A stretch of DNA of 64,000 bases, taken from positions 704,001 to 768,000 of the forward strand of contig CAWCFX010000004.1 of NCBI GenBank assembly GCA_963795085.1, given 5' to 3'. The position numbers were made by a program, and so were the translations under genes. Origin of the DNA: an uncultured Gemmatimonadales bacterium (GTDB lineage Bacteria > Gemmatimonadota > Gemmatimonadetes > Gemmatimonadales > GWC2-71-9). Each line of letters opens with the position of its first letter. The first letter of the stretch is position 1. Of the stretch, positions 18,727 to 29,239 are shown piece by piece. The notes below the pieces were generated by a model that did no database searches, was not told the DNA's origin, and worked only from the letters and a program-made list of their open reading frames with translations.

Positions 18727-21372
18727 GCTCCGGCCCAGCCGAGCCCCGAGCGCGCGCGCCTCCAGCGTTCGGGCATGACCCGCTCCGTATCCGCGCGTCA
18801 GGGCGGCAATGGCGCGATCGAGATCCATCGCGACCCGGGACGTGTCGCCTCTCGCCCGCCTCGCCTCCGCACCCACCAGCAGCGCATAACCGATGATCCC
18901 GCTTTCGCCCTCGAGGTGCCCCTCCCCGCGGGCCAGCCGGAGGGCATGGGCCGAGAGCGTGTCGGCCGCGACCGCATCGCCGTCCTGCCGCGCCATGATG
19001 GCGGCGTCGAGGACCAGGTTGGCGAAATGGGTGGTGCTGCGGCCCCGCCCGGGGAACCCCCGCGCAATCAACACGTCCAGGTAGCGCCGGCGGGCTTCCT
19101 TTCCTTGCCCTTCGGCGAAGAGCAGCCGGGCGCCGAGGAGGTCGCGGCGCCAGGTCAGTCGGGGGGGGAGCACGGTGTCCAGCGCCTGCAGATACTCCCG
19201 GGCATCCTGAAGCCGTCCCCGCTCTATCAGTACTGGAATCAAAGCGGTCAGCGCGCGCAGCTGATACGGCGCATCGTTACGAGCCCGGCTCTCGGCCAGC
19301 CCCCGGTTCAGGGTGGCCAGCGCGGAATCGGTCTGCCCCAGGTCGGCTGCCAGGCCGCCCGCGAACAGCGTTACATAGGTGGGCACCCGCCGCTCCGGGT
19401 CTATGCCGCCGGCCAGGTCCACCACCCCTCTGAGCGTGGCGTCCGCGTTTCGCTTCTCGCCCAGCCAGGACAGGAGGCTCGCCTCGTTGTGACGTTCGAC
19501 CACCATGTTGAGGGTGGATCCCCGCCCGGTCTGCTGCAGGGCGCGAATCAGCTCACGGGTCTTGACCAGCGCCTCCCGCACCTGGCCGTCGTCGTGGAGG
19601 GCCCGGGCCAGTTCGTTCACCGCCCCCAGGTGGGCGGATGACAGGGTGTCGCCGGCGGCCTGCCCCAGCGCAATCGCCGCGCCGGCGCTCGCGACCGCGG
19701 ATTCGGTATCGCCCAGGAACCGGGAGAGGGCCGACCGGGCCCTCAGGCACTGGACCCGGGGCGTAATGATCTCGGCCGACAGGCTTTCGATATATCCGGT
19801 GGCCCGGGCCAGGTGCCCTTCCGCCCCCGGGACATCGCCATCGTCGGCGGCGCTCTTCGCCAGCCGGCAGGCTGCCAGGGCCGCGGTTTCCTGGTCGCCG
19901 GAGGCGAGCGCCAGGGTTTCGCCCCGGGTAAGGAGGGGAAGCTCTCGTTCCCGGTCGTGCAATTCGAAATAGTGCCCGGCCAGCTCGACCATCATCTGGC
20001 CGGTAAACCGGGGATTCTGTGCGGCATTCTGCTCCAGCATCCGGCGGGTGTGGTCGAGCATTTCCTGCATCGTGTACGCCTGGCCGGTCGGCGCGATGTT
20101 CTGGAGGAGAAACTCCATCAGGGCGAGGGACGCGGCGGCTCGCCGGTCGTGGTACACCGCGATGTCCCGCTGGGTGCGGGCCTCGTCGCGCTGGGTGCGG
20201 GCTTCGCCCATCTGGACCAGCGAGAAGGCGGTCGCGCCGACCAGCCCGAGCAGCACGGCGGCGACAGTGATGACCGCGGTGCGGTTCCGGCGGATGAACT
20301 TGGCCCCCCGGTGCCACACCGAATAGGCCCGGGCGCTGACCGGCTCCCGCCGGAGGTAGCTGCCCAGGTCGGACGCAAAGGCGCCGACCGTCTGGTAGCG
20401 CTCGGCGGGCGGCTTCCGGAGCGCCTTGCCGACCACGTTGCCGAGATCGCCCAGCCCGAGGGGGGCCGGGTCGCGCTCCAGCACGGCACTCACCGCCTCG
20501 GACTGGCTGCGCGAGGGTTCGCTGGTGGGGTGGCGGCCGGCGATGAGGACATACAGGAGCACGCCCAGCGCATAGACGTCGGTCGCGGTGGTGAGCGTCT
20601 CGCCCCGGATCTGTTCCGGCGCCGCGAAATCCGGAGTGAAAACCCGGCCGCCTTCGAGGGTCAGCGCGGTGCGGTCGCCACCCGACTCATCGTCCAGCAG
20701 CTTGGCAATGCCGAAATCGAGCAGCTTTACCTGGCCGGCCGGGGTCACCAGGATATTGGACGGCTTGAGGTCGCGGTGGACGATCAGGTTGGCGTGGGCA
20801 TGCTCCACCGCGTCCAGCACCTGCAGGAAGAGCCGGATGCGGCCATCCAGCGACAGGTCCATGTCCTGGACGAAGCGGTCAATCGGTTTCCCCTCGACAT
20901 GCTCGAGGACCAGGTAAGGCTGTCCGCTCTCGCTTACCCCCGCGTCCAGCAGCCGCGCGATGCCGGGATGCGTCAGCCGGGCCAGCACCGAGCCCTCCCG
21001 GTGAAACCGTTCCTGCCCGGTCGGGCTCACCAACCCCAGGTTCAGGATCTTGACCGCGGACGCGCCCTCGAACTGGCCGTCCGCCCGGTGAGCCAGCCAC
21101 ACCGTCCCCATGCCCCCCTGGCCCAGCAGCCGGTCCAGCCGGTACGCCCCCAGCTGCATGCCTTCCAGGGTGCCGCCCGGCGGCGCGGTCAAGAACCCCC
21201 GCCGGTCGGCGTCCGACTCTTCGGCGAGGATGGCGACGATCTGCGCGCCCAGTTCCGGGGAGCGGGTGCACAGGTCCCGGACCCACGCGCTCCGCTCCTC
21301 TGGATTGAGATCGAGCGCGTGGTCCAGCAGCGGCTCCAGTTCCTGCCAGGTGTTCCCGGGAAAGAGCGACAT
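18709..21372 (-). CDS. Ser/Thr protein kinase with TM and TPR-like C-terminus
   Basis: GQGGMG, HRDLKPSN, DFG, APE; one TM; helical repeats. Confidence 0.92.
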   Translation of the reverse strand: MSLFPGNTWQELEPLLDHALDLNPEERSAWVRDLCTRSPELGAQIVAILAEESDADRRGFLTAPPGGTLEGMQLGAYRLDRLLGQGGMGTVWLAHRADGQFEGASAVKILNLGLVSPTGQERFHREGSVLARLTHPGIARLLDAGVSESGQPYLVLEHVEGKPIDRFVQDMDLSLDGRIRLFLQVLDAVEHAHANLIVHRDLKPSNILVTPAGQVKLLDFGIAKLLDDESGGDRTALTLEGGRVFTPDFAAPEQIRGETLTTATDVYALGVLLYVLIAGRHPTSEPSRSQSEAVSAVLERDPAPLGLGDLGNVVGKALRKPPAERYQTVGAFASDLGSYLRREPVSARAYSVWHRGAKFIRRNRTAVITVAAVLLGLVGATAFSLVQMGEARTQRDEARTQRDIAVYHDRRAAASLALMEFLLQNIAPTGQAYTMQEMLDHTRRMLEQNAAQNPRFTGQMMVELAGHYFELHDRERELPLLTRGETLALASGDQETAALAACRLAKSAADDGDVPGAEGHLARATGYIESLSAEIITPRVQCLRARSALSRFLGDTESAVASAGAAIALGQAAGDTLSSAHLGAVNELARALHDDGQVREALVKTRELIRALQQTGRGSTLNMVVERHNEASLLSWLGEKRNADATLRGVVDLAGGIDPERRVPTYVTLFAGGLAADLGQTDSALATLNRGLAESRARNDAPYQLRALTALIPVLIERGRLQDAREYLQALDTVLPPRLTWRRDLLGARLLFAEGQGKEARRRYLDVLIARGFPGRGRSTTHFANLVLDAAIMARQDGDAVAADTLSAHALRLARGEGHLEGESGIIGYALLVGAEARRARGDTSRVAMDLDRAIAALTRGYGAGHARTLEARALGARLGRSLVSGQ

Positions 21373-21494
21373 GTATCCGTTCAATCGAAAGTCCCGCGAC
21401 CCGCACGACAGGCCCGCCTGTCAGGAGGCCGGGGTGGAATACGATATAGGCAGGGAGGGGACAACTCAACCCAACATCCGATGGCAGGTACCCC

Positions 21495-22868
21495 ATGCTT
21501 CGTCTCCCGCGTCACCTCCCGTGGTTGGTTGCTATCTCGTTCGCATCATTGAGTTTGGCCGCATGCTCGGAGGACGATCGCCAGTCCGCCACCGCCCCGG
21601 ACCTGGCCGCCGCCCACGCCCTGAGCCTGCCCGACTCGGTTCGGGCGCTGGCCGCCGGCCGGGGGATCGGGCCGCTGCCGACCCCCTCCACCGTTCGTCC
21701 GGCCCTGGTCCGGCTGGGCCAGTTTCTCGCGTTCGACAAGATTCTCTCCGGCAACCGGGACATCGCCTGCATGACCTGCCACATGGCCGAATTCGGGACC
21801 GGCGATGGACGGAGTCTTTCGGTTGGCCAGGGCGCGAGCGGGCTGGGGAAACGCCGCAACCACCCCCAGGGGCTCTTCATTCCCAGGAACGCACCGCCCC
21901 TCTTCAACATGACCGCCCTCACCACACTGTTCTGGGACGGGCGGGTAACCACGGACAATCTGGGGAACTTTCACACCCCGGCTGGTGCCGAGCTGACTGC
22001 GGAGATGGCCGGTGTGTTCGAGTTCGGGCCGCTGTCCGCGCTGCCATTGTTCCCGGTGCTCTCCCGCGAAGAGATGCGGGCGTTCAGCGGCAACGAGCTG
22101 GCTGACGTGCCGGACGCCGACCTGCAGGGAACCTGGTCCCTGCTGATGCAGCGGCTGGGGGCGATACCGCAATACCGGGCCCTGTTCGAGGCCGCCTATC
22201 CGGGAACCGCATTCGACGACATGACCTTCGCACATGCCAGCAACGCTATCGCGGGGTTCATCATCCAGAAGCTCAACTTCAGCAACACACCGTGGGACCG
22301 CTTCCTGGCTGGAAACGACCGGGCCATGAACGAGCGACAGCTGGAAGGAGCCCGGCTCTTCATGGAACTGCGCTGCTCCATCTGCCACAACGGCCCGGCC
22401 TTCACCGATAACCAGTTCCATAACGTGGCGCTGGCCCAGTTCGGCCCCGGCAAGGGCAATGGCCCGGGGCTGAACGACGATTTCGGGCGGATGAACGTGG
22501 ATGGCCGCCCGGAGTCGCAGTACGCCTTCCGAACCACGCCGCTGCGCAACGTGGTGCTCTCGGCGCCGTACGGGCACGATGGGGCCTTCTTCAGCCTCCG
22601 GGACTTCATCGGGCACTACAGCGAGTCCGACCTCAAGCTGCGGGCCTTCGATCCCATGGGCCTGGAGCAGCTTCTCCAGGGCACCCTGCTGGCCAACGCG
22701 GACGCCATCCTGGCCACTCGGGATACTATCCTTGATGGCGTGGTTATCCCCGATGCCCTGGTGGACCAGCTGGTTGATTTCATGTCCGCCCTGACCGACG
22801 ACCCGCGAAACTACCCCAGCGTGGTGCCGAAAAAGGTGCCGAGCGGGTTGCCGGTGGACGCACCTTAA
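21495..22868 (+). CDS. Di-heme cytochrome c peroxidase/MauG-family lipoprotein
   Basis: LAAC lipobox, CMTCH, CSICH, RNAP, FWDGR, FRTTPLRNV, PYGHDG. Confidence 0.9.
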   Translation: MLRLPRHLPWLVAISFASLSLAACSEDDRQSATAPDLAAAHALSLPDSVRALAAGRGIGPLPTPSTVRPALVRLGQFLAFDKILSGNRDIACMTCHMAEFGTGDGRSLSVGQGASGLGKRRNHPQGLFIPRNAPPLFNMTALTTLFWDGRVTTDNLGNFHTPAGAELTAEMAGVFEFGPLSALPLFPVLSREEMRAFSGNELADVPDADLQGTWSLLMQRLGAIPQYRALFEAAYPGTAFDDMTFAHASNAIAGFIIQKLNFSNTPWDRFLAGNDRAMNERQLEGARLFMELRCSICHNGPAFTDNQFHNVALAQFGPGKGNGPGLNDDFGRMNVDGRPESQYAFRTTPLRNVVLSAPYGHDGAFFSLRDFIGHYSESDLKLRAFDPMGLEQLLQGTLLANADAILATRDTILDGVVIPDALVDQLVDFMSALTDDPRNYPSVVPKKVPSGLPVDAP

Positions 22869-22869
22869 A

Positions 22870-22960
22870 CACGGCGTAAGACAGGGCGGTATATCAGGGC
22901 GGTAAGACAGGGCGGTAAGACAGGGCGGTATAACAGGGCGGTATAACAGGGCGGTATGAC
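22870..22960 (+). repeat. 13-bp tandem array (GGCGGTAWRACAG) ~7 units
   Basis: Read directly; starts just after the stop at 22868. Confidence 0.92.
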
Positions 22961-22965
22961 TCCAA

Positions 22966-23100
22966 TGACCCACTGTCCCACTGTCCCACTGACCCACTGT
23001 CCCACTGTCCCACTGACCCACTGTCCCACTGTCCCACTGACCCACTGTCCCACTGTCCCACTGTCCCACTGCCCCACTGACCCACTGACCCACTGACCCA
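22966..23100 (-). repeat. 8-bp tandem array (TGWCCCAC) ~17 units
   Basis: Read directly; reverse complement of the 41121-41274 array unit. Confidence 0.95.
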
Positions 23101-23111
23101 AGGATCTCTGC

Positions 23112-23558
23112 ATGCGAACTCAGCTTTTTTCTCTTCTTTTCCTGGGCGCCGCGGCGCCCCTTATGGCCCAGGCGCACGCTCCCGAGGTCAAATGGGGCCC
23201 GGCGCCGACGGTGTTCGCCCCAGGAGCCCGGCTTGCCGTGCTGCACGGGGATCCTTCCGGCACCGGCGAATTCACCGTCCGGCTCGAGCTGCCGGGTGGC
23301 TACTTCATCGCCCCCCATTCCCACCCCGGCAACGAGCACGTCACGGTTATTTCCGGGCTGCTCCGGGTAGGGATGGGCGATGCCGAGGATATTGCCAAGA
23401 CCATGGTATTCAAGCCGGGCGAGTTCGGCAGCATTCCCGGGGAGATGCCCCACTATGCGCGGGCGCTCGAAAAGACCGTCGTCCAGATCCACGGCGTCGG
23501 GCCGCTGGGGCTGACCTACGTGCATCCCAAGGACGATCCACGAACGGCGGGGCAATAG
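23112..23558 (+). CDS. Secreted cupin domain protein
   Basis: Signal peptide, PHSHPGNEHVTV, MPH. Confidence 0.85.
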   Translation: MRTQLFSLLFLGAAAPLMAQAHAPEVKWGPAPTVFAPGARLAVLHGDPSGTGEFTVRLELPGGYFIAPHSHPGNEHVTVISGLLRVGMGDAEDIAKTMVFKPGEFGSIPGEMPHYARALEKTVVQIHGVGPLGLTYVHPKDDPRTAGQ

Positions 23559-23585
23559 ACATCAGCGGACAAACCGGGCGGGTGT

Positions 23586-23625
23586 AACGGGCGGGCCATT
23601 TACTGATATTCCGGCCCGCCCGTTT
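23586..23625 (+). terminator. Hairpin, possible terminator
   Basis: AACGGGCGGGCC...GGCCCGCCCGTT 12-bp inverted repeat after the cupin gene. Confidence 0.5.
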
Positions 23626-23668
23626 GCTCGCCCTTTACGCCGGTCTGCGAGGCGGTTCAATTCTGGGC

Positions 23669-26600
23669 ATGGCTACTCCATTCCCCCAGTCGGCGGGTCA
23701 GCGGCCCGACCGTGCCGGGCCGGCCATGCGCGACCTGATCGACGCCTTTGACTGGCCGTCTTCCCCGCTGGGCCCCCGGGATACCTGGCCTCAGAGCCTT
23801 CGTACCACCGTCGATCTCGTGCTCGCCTCCGGGTTCCCGATGTATGTCTCCTGGGGCCCCGACTACATCCAGCTCTACAACGACGCCTTCCGGCCGATCC
23901 TCGGCAGTACCAAGCATCCCGAGGCCCTGGGCAACAGTTCCCGGCTCACCTTCCATGAAATCTGGGACGTGATAGGCCCCATGTTCGAGGAGGTCAAGGC
24001 CAGCGGCAAGGCGACGACGCAGGCCGATGCCATGATGCCGCTGGACCGGCACGGATTCCTCGAGGAATGTTACTTCACCTTTTCCTACAGCGCGATCACC
24101 GCGGAAGGCGGAAAGGCGGGCGGTGTGCTGGTGACCTGCACCGAGACGACGGAGCAGGTCCTGAGCGAGCGGCACCTGCGGACCCTGCGGGACCTGGGCA
24201 GCGTGTCCGCGCGGGCCCGCAGCACCGCGGAGGCCTGCGCCCTCAGCGTCGAAACCCTGGCGCTCAACCCCCACGACGTCCCCTTCACGCTGCTTTACCT
24301 GGTCGACCACCAGGCCCGCCGGGCCCATCTGGCCGGGAGCGCCGGCCTGGCGGCTGCCTCGCCGGTCGCGCCCTTGTCGGTGGATCTCTCTCCGGGTACC
24401 TCGGCCTGGCCCCTGTGCCAGGCGGCCGAATCCGGACAGCGGCTTCCCGTCGAGTGTCCGCCTGGCCTCTTCGGCGCGCTCCCCGGGGGGCCCTGGCCGG
24501 AACCTGCCCATCGGGCGGTCGTGCTGCCGGTCGCAGGGACCGGCGACGAGGCGCTCGCCGGCCTGCTCATCACCGGCGTGAGTGCCCGGCGCCCCCTCGA
24601 CGACAGCTATCTCCGCTTTCTCGACCTGGTCGCCGGAAACATCTCCACCGCCATCGGCAATGCCCGCGCCTATGAAACCGAGCGGCGGCGCGCCGAGTCG
24701 CTGGCCGAACTGGACCGGGCCAAAACGGCGTTCTTCTCCAATGTGTCCCACGAGTTCCGGACCCCGCTCACCCTCCAGCTGGGTCCCATCGAGGACGTCC
24801 TGGCCGACGCGGAGCATCCGGTGGATCCGGTCAATCGGAACCGGCTGGAAATGGCGCACCGCAACAGCCTGCGGCTGCTCAAGCTGGTCAACACGCTGCT
24901 CGATTTTTCCCGGATCGAGGCCGGCCGGGCCGATGCCGCCTACGAGCCGACCGATCTCGCCGCGCTGACGCGCGACCTGGCCAGCAGCTTCCGGTCGACG
25001 ATGGACCGGGCCGGCCTCGCGTTCGTCGTCGAGTGCGAGCCGCTGCTTTACGAAATGTTCGTGGACCGGGAGATGTACGAGAAGATCGTGCTCAACCTGC
25101 TGTCCAATGCCTTCAAGTTCACCCTGCAAGGACAGGTCTCGGTCTCGCTTCGCCAAGACCAGGGGGCGGCGTGCCTGGAGGTCCGCGACACCGGGGTCGG
25201 CATTCCTGCCGATTCGCTCCCCCGGATGTTCGAACGGTTCCACCGGATCAAGGGGCAGGGCGGGCGGACCCAGGAGGGCAGCGGGATCGGCCTGGCCCTG
25301 GTCCAGGAGCTGGTCAAGCTGCACCACGGGCGCATCGACGTCGAGAGCGAGCCGGGCCGGGGATCGACCTTCCGGGTTTTCCTGCCGGCCGGCTCCTCGC
25401 ACCTGCCTCCCGACCGCATCGGTGGCCGGAAGAGTCTCGACGCCACCACGCTGCGCGCCGAGCACTTTCTCGAGGAGGCGCTGCGCTGGTTGCCGGAGGG
25501 TGACCGGGCGTCTCGCCCCCTCGCTCCCCCCGCGGCGCGAACCGCCCCCAGTCCCCCGCCGGTCGACGGCGATGTCGTCTTCGTGGTCGACGACAACGCG
25601 GACATGCGCGACTATCTCGGGCACCTGCTGGGGGGCCGCTACGCGATCCGGGCCTTCAACCGCGGCGACGCGGCCCTCGAGGCGGCGCGCGCCGATCCAC
25701 CCGGCCTGGTCGTCAGCGATGTCATGATGCCGGGACTCGACGGGTTCGGGTTGCTGCGCGAGCTTCGCGCCGATGCCCGGACCGGCTCGGTCCCGGTCAT
25801 ACTGCTCTCCGCTCGCGCCGGCGAGGAAGCGCGGGTCGAAGCCCTGGCCGCCGGGGCGGACGACCACATGGTGAAGCCTTTTCTCGCCCGTGAGCTGCTG
25901 GCGCGGGTGGACGCGCACGTCGCCCTGGGACGCGCGCGGCTGGAGGCGCGGGAACGAGAGACCACCCTGCGCACCCAGGCGGAGAGCGATCGCCGCCGGC
26001 TACGCGAGTTCATCCAGCAGGCCCCGGCGTCCATCCTCATCGTGCGGGGTCCCGGCCACATCGTCGAACTGGTCAACCGGAACGCCGCCATCGCGACTGG
26101 CCGGCCGCCCGAAGCCCTGGTGGGCCGGCCCCTGACGGAAGCGCTGCCGGAGGTTGCCCAGCAGAAGTACGCCGCGTTGCTGGACCGGGTCTACCGGACC
26201 GGCGAGCCCCACGCCGAGCGGGATGCCCGGCTGCGGATCAGTCCCGGCGAAGGGCGAGACGATTACGATATCTATTTCGACTACGTCTACCAGCCGCTCA
26301 AGGACGCCGATGGCCAGGTGACCGGCATCCTGCTGCACGGGGTGGACGTCACCGACCGGGTCCGGGCCCGGACCCAGACCGAGGCGAGTCAGGCCCAACT
26401 CCGGCTGGTCACCGACGCCCTGCCCGGCCTGGTGACGTACATGGACCGGGAGTACCGATACCATTTCAGCAACCAGGCCTACCGCCACTGGTTTGGCATC
26501 GACCCGGCATCCATGATCGGCCGGACCGCCAGCGAGATCTTCGGCGCGGCCCAGTTTGCCCAGCGGCAAGGGTTCGTTGACCAGGCGCTCAAGGGCCAGT

Positions 26601-28276
26601 CCACGGTCTTCGAGGGCCCGGTGGAGACGCCGGCCGGTGTGCGCCATATCCGCGTCGTCATGGTGCCCGACCGGGGCCCCGACGGCGAGGTCCGCGGCAT
26701 CGTCACCCTGAGTACAGATGTCTCGGAACAGCTGGCGGCGGCGGCGGCGTTACGCCGGAGCGAAGAACGCTACCGCCTGGTCGCCCAGGCCACCCGCGAG
26801 GCCATCTGGGACTGGGACCTCGGCCGCGGGGCGATGGAATGGAACGAAGGCGTCCGCCTCCTCTTCGGGTACGATCCTGCCGACGTGGTGGAAACGGCCG
26901 CGTGGAAACGGGACCGCGTCCACCCGGGCGACCGGGAACAGTTCGACCGCAGCTTTGACGCCCTGCTGGTCACCGGGAGCCGGCATTGGCAGGAGGAGTA
27001 CCGGTTCCGCCGGAAGGACGACAGTTACGCCATCGTCAGCGACCAGGCCTACGTCATCCATGATGAGGCGGGCCGGCCTGCCCGGGTGCTGGGGACCATG
27101 TCCGATATTACCGAGCAGCGGAATACCGAGCAGCAGTTGCGGCAGGCCCAGCGCATGCAGGCGATCGGCAAGCTGGCGGGGGGGATCGCGCACGAGGTCA
27201 ACAACCAGATGACGGCGGTGCTGGGATTCAGCGAGTTTGCGCTTCGCCAGGTGGGCGACGCGGTGGTCCGCCGCGACATCCAGCAGATCATCAAGGCCGG
27301 GACCCGGGCCGCCTCCATTACCCAGCAGCTGCTTGCCTTCAGCCGGCAGCAGGTCCTCCAGCCGCAGGTGCTTCGGCTGAACGACGTGATCGACGGCCTG
27401 GCGCCCATATTCCGCCAACTGCTGGGCGCCGACCTCCAGCTGGACCTTCACCTGCTCCCCGACACCGGACAGGTGCGGGTGGACCGGAACCAGCTGGAGC
27501 AGGTGCTCATCAACCTCGGCCTCAACGCCCGCGATGCGACCCCCAGCGGCGGCACTCTCACCATCACCACCGAACGGCTGCTGGTAGGAGACCGGGAGGG
27601 GCGGGTCCCCGGCTGGTACGCCATGATCCGGATGACGGATACCGGAACGGGGATGGATGCCGCGACCCTGGCCCAGGCTTTCGAACCGTTCTTTACGACC
27701 AAGGCGGTAGGCAAGGGGAGCGGTCTTGGGCTCTCGACCGTGTACGGGATCATTACCCAGAGCGGCGGCTTCGTGGAGCTGGAGAGCGATATGGGCCGGG
27801 GCACCGAAGTGCGGGTGTTCCTGCCCAGCCACGCCGGACCGGCCACCGCGGCGGGAGATGAGGAAAGCCGGTCCCTGCCCAGCCAGGGTGAGCGCATCCT
27901 GGTCGTGGAAGACGAAGAGAGCGTTCGCTTGCTGATTGGCCGGTCGCTGCTGGAGGCAGGCTACCAGGTGGCGAGTGCGGAGAGCGGCGAGGCGGCGCTC
28001 GACCTGGCCGCCGCGCAGGAGCCCGACCTCGTCATTTGCGACCTCGTCATGCCAGGCCTGAGCGGCCGGGAAGTGGGTGAGCGGATCGCGGCCATCGGTC
28101 CCCGCATCCCGGTGCTCTATATCTCGGGGTACCCGGGCGAGGAAGTCATGCAGCGGGGATTGCTGCCCGAGGGAGCGGCCCTGTTGCAGAAGCCGTTTAC
28201 CCCCGGACAGCTGGCCCAGCGGGTGCGGGAAGTGCTGGACGGCATTGGAGAGCCGGGCGAGAGGACCCGGCGTTAG
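23669..28276 (+). CDS. Hybrid sensor kinase PAS-GAF-HK-REC-PAS(x3)-HK-REC
   Basis: Two H-boxes (SHEFRTPL, AHEVNN), two G-box sets (GSGIGL, GSGLGL), two receivers (DVMMP, DLVMP). Confidence 0.92.
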   Translation: MATPFPQSAGQRPDRAGPAMRDLIDAFDWPSSPLGPRDTWPQSLRTTVDLVLASGFPMYVSWGPDYIQLYNDAFRPILGSTKHPEALGNSSRLTFHEIWDVIGPMFEEVKASGKATTQADAMMPLDRHGFLEECYFTFSYSAITAEGGKAGGVLVTCTETTEQVLSERHLRTLRDLGSVSARARSTAEACALSVETLALNPHDVPFTLLYLVDHQARRAHLAGSAGLAAASPVAPLSVDLSPGTSAWPLCQAAESGQRLPVECPPGLFGALPGGPWPEPAHRAVVLPVAGTGDEALAGLLITGVSARRPLDDSYLRFLDLVAGNISTAIGNARAYETERRRAESLAELDRAKTAFFSNVSHEFRTPLTLQLGPIEDVLADAEHPVDPVNRNRLEMAHRNSLRLLKLVNTLLDFSRIEAGRADAAYEPTDLAALTRDLASSFRSTMDRAGLAFVVECEPLLYEMFVDREMYEKIVLNLLSNAFKFTLQGQVSVSLRQDQGAACLEVRDTGVGIPADSLPRMFERFHRIKGQGGRTQEGSGIGLALVQELVKLHHGRIDVESEPGRGSTFRVFLPAGSSHLPPDRIGGRKSLDATTLRAEHFLEEALRWLPEGDRASRPLAPPAARTAPSPPPVDGDVVFVVDDNADMRDYLGHLLGGRYAIRAFNRGDAALEAARADPPGLVVSDVMMPGLDGFGLLRELRADARTGSVPVILLSARAGEEARVEALAAGADDHMVKPFLARELLARVDAHVALGRARLEARERETTLRTQAESDRRRLREFIQQAPASILIVRGPGHIVELVNRNAAIATGRPPEALVGRPLTEALPEVAQQKYAALLDRVYRTGEPHAERDARLRISPGEGRDDYDIYFDYVYQPLKDADGQVTGILLHGVDVTDRVRARTQTEASQAQLRLVTDALPGLVTYMDREYRYHFSNQAYRHWFGIDPASMIGRTASEIFGAAQFAQRQGFVDQALKGQSTVFEGPVETPAGVRHIRVVMVPDRGPDGEVRGIVTLSTDVSEQLAAAAALRRSEERYRLVAQATREAIWDWDLGRGAMEWNEGVRLLFGYDPADVVETAAWKRDRVHPGDREQFDRSFDALLVTGSRHWQEEYRFRRKDDSYAIVSDQAYVIHDEAGRPARVLGTMSDITEQRNTEQQLRQAQRMQAIGKLAGGIAHEVNNQMTAVLGFSEFALRQVGDAVVRRDIQQIIKAGTRAASITQQLLAFSRQQVLQPQVLRLNDVIDGLAPIFRQLLGADLQLDLHLLPDTGQVRVDRNQLEQVLINLGLNARDATPSGGTLTITTERLLVGDREGRVPGWYAMIRMTDTGTGMDAATLAQAFEPFFTTKAVGKGSGLGLSTVYGIITQSGGFVELESDMGRGTEVRVFLPSHAGPATAAGDEESRSLPSQGERILVVEDEESVRLLIGRSLLEAGYQVASAESGEAALDLAAAQEPDLVICDLVMPGLSGREVGERIAAIGPRIPVLYISGYPGEEVMQRGLLPEGAALLQKPFTPGQLAQRVREVLDGIGEPGERTRR

Positions 28277-28309
28277 CGTGCGCAGGGTCCCGCCCACCTG
28301 CCCGACTCT

Positions 28310-29041
28310 CTACATCCCTTCGAACATGTTTCCGCCTCGGCCGAAACCGCCGCCCATCGCCTGGTTGAGCATCGCGCGATAGATGATCTTGGTGAGCCAG
28401 GCCGTGGCGACCAGCATGATGGGAATCGCCAGGGTGGCGGCGCGCTCGGAGATCTTGTAGATCCGGGTAATCCCGGCGAAGAGCATCAGGATGGTGAGCG
28501 TGCTGGCGAACATCGCCAGGAAGTAGATGATCTCGAAGTTCCCCATGCCGAGCAGGCTGGCGATGAGCAGGAGGAAGCCGAACGGCAGCAGGGAGGCCCC
28601 GGCCAGGAAGCTGTCACTGCCCAGGGCGCCTTCTCCCCGGAAGATGCTGCGGACCGCCAGGGCAGAAACCATCAACGCGATGAAGGGCACCACCGCGACC
28701 AGCACGATCATGAAGAAGCCGCCGGCGCCGTCGGGCCGGAACGGCACCATGCGGTACACGCCGAGAATGACGCACACCGCGAAGACGGCGCCGAAGGTCA
28801 GTCCGACCCCCAGTGCCCTGGATGCTCCCAGCGCGTGATAGGCATCGGCCAGCCCGCCCACCGGATTCCCCACGAAGGTCTTGAAGGCCCCCAGGGCATC
28901 GCTCGAGGCTGCCTTCATTTTCTGGCCTGCCATGGCCGCAGCGGCGCCGCCGCCAGGTGCTCCGGCGGCGAAGGAGGTGCCACAGCTGGAACAGGCGACG
29001 GAGCCGTCGGGCAGTTGCGTCCCGCATTTGGGGCAGAACAT
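28310..29041 (-). CDS. Zinc-ribbon + multi-TM (Yip1-like) membrane protein
   Basis: MFCPKCG...CSSCG and about five TM segments. Confidence 0.8.
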   Translation of the reverse strand: MFCPKCGTQLPDGSVACSSCGTSFAAGAPGGGAAAAMAGQKMKAASSDALGAFKTFVGNPVGGLADAYHALGASRALGVGLTFGAVFAVCVILGVYRMVPFRPDGAGGFFMIVLVAVVPFIALMVSALAVRSIFRGEGALGSDSFLAGASLLPFGFLLLIASLLGMGNFEIIYFLAMFASTLTILMLFAGITRIYKISERAATLAIPIMLVATAWLTKIIYRAMLNQAMGGGFGRGGNMFEGM

Positions 29042-29239
29042 GGATGAACCTCGCTCAGGAGAGGCTGGGAAGGAAAACGACCTGCTATGCCGAGCGCGGA
29101 GAGGCTCCGCGCGAGGGGCCTGAGCTGGAAGCCCCGCTATGATACACCTTTTGGGTCCGGACGCCAGAGAGAGCCGGGCGGAAGGGCGGGGCGGGATGGC
29201 GGACCATGCCAGGTACTCCGCTGCCGGTCTGCGCCCCCG

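Noticed and set aside
23657..25918. Long antisense ORFs over the kinases (also 19813-21552, 54398-56236)
   Set aside because: No motifs; expected from GC3 bias on the opposite strand.
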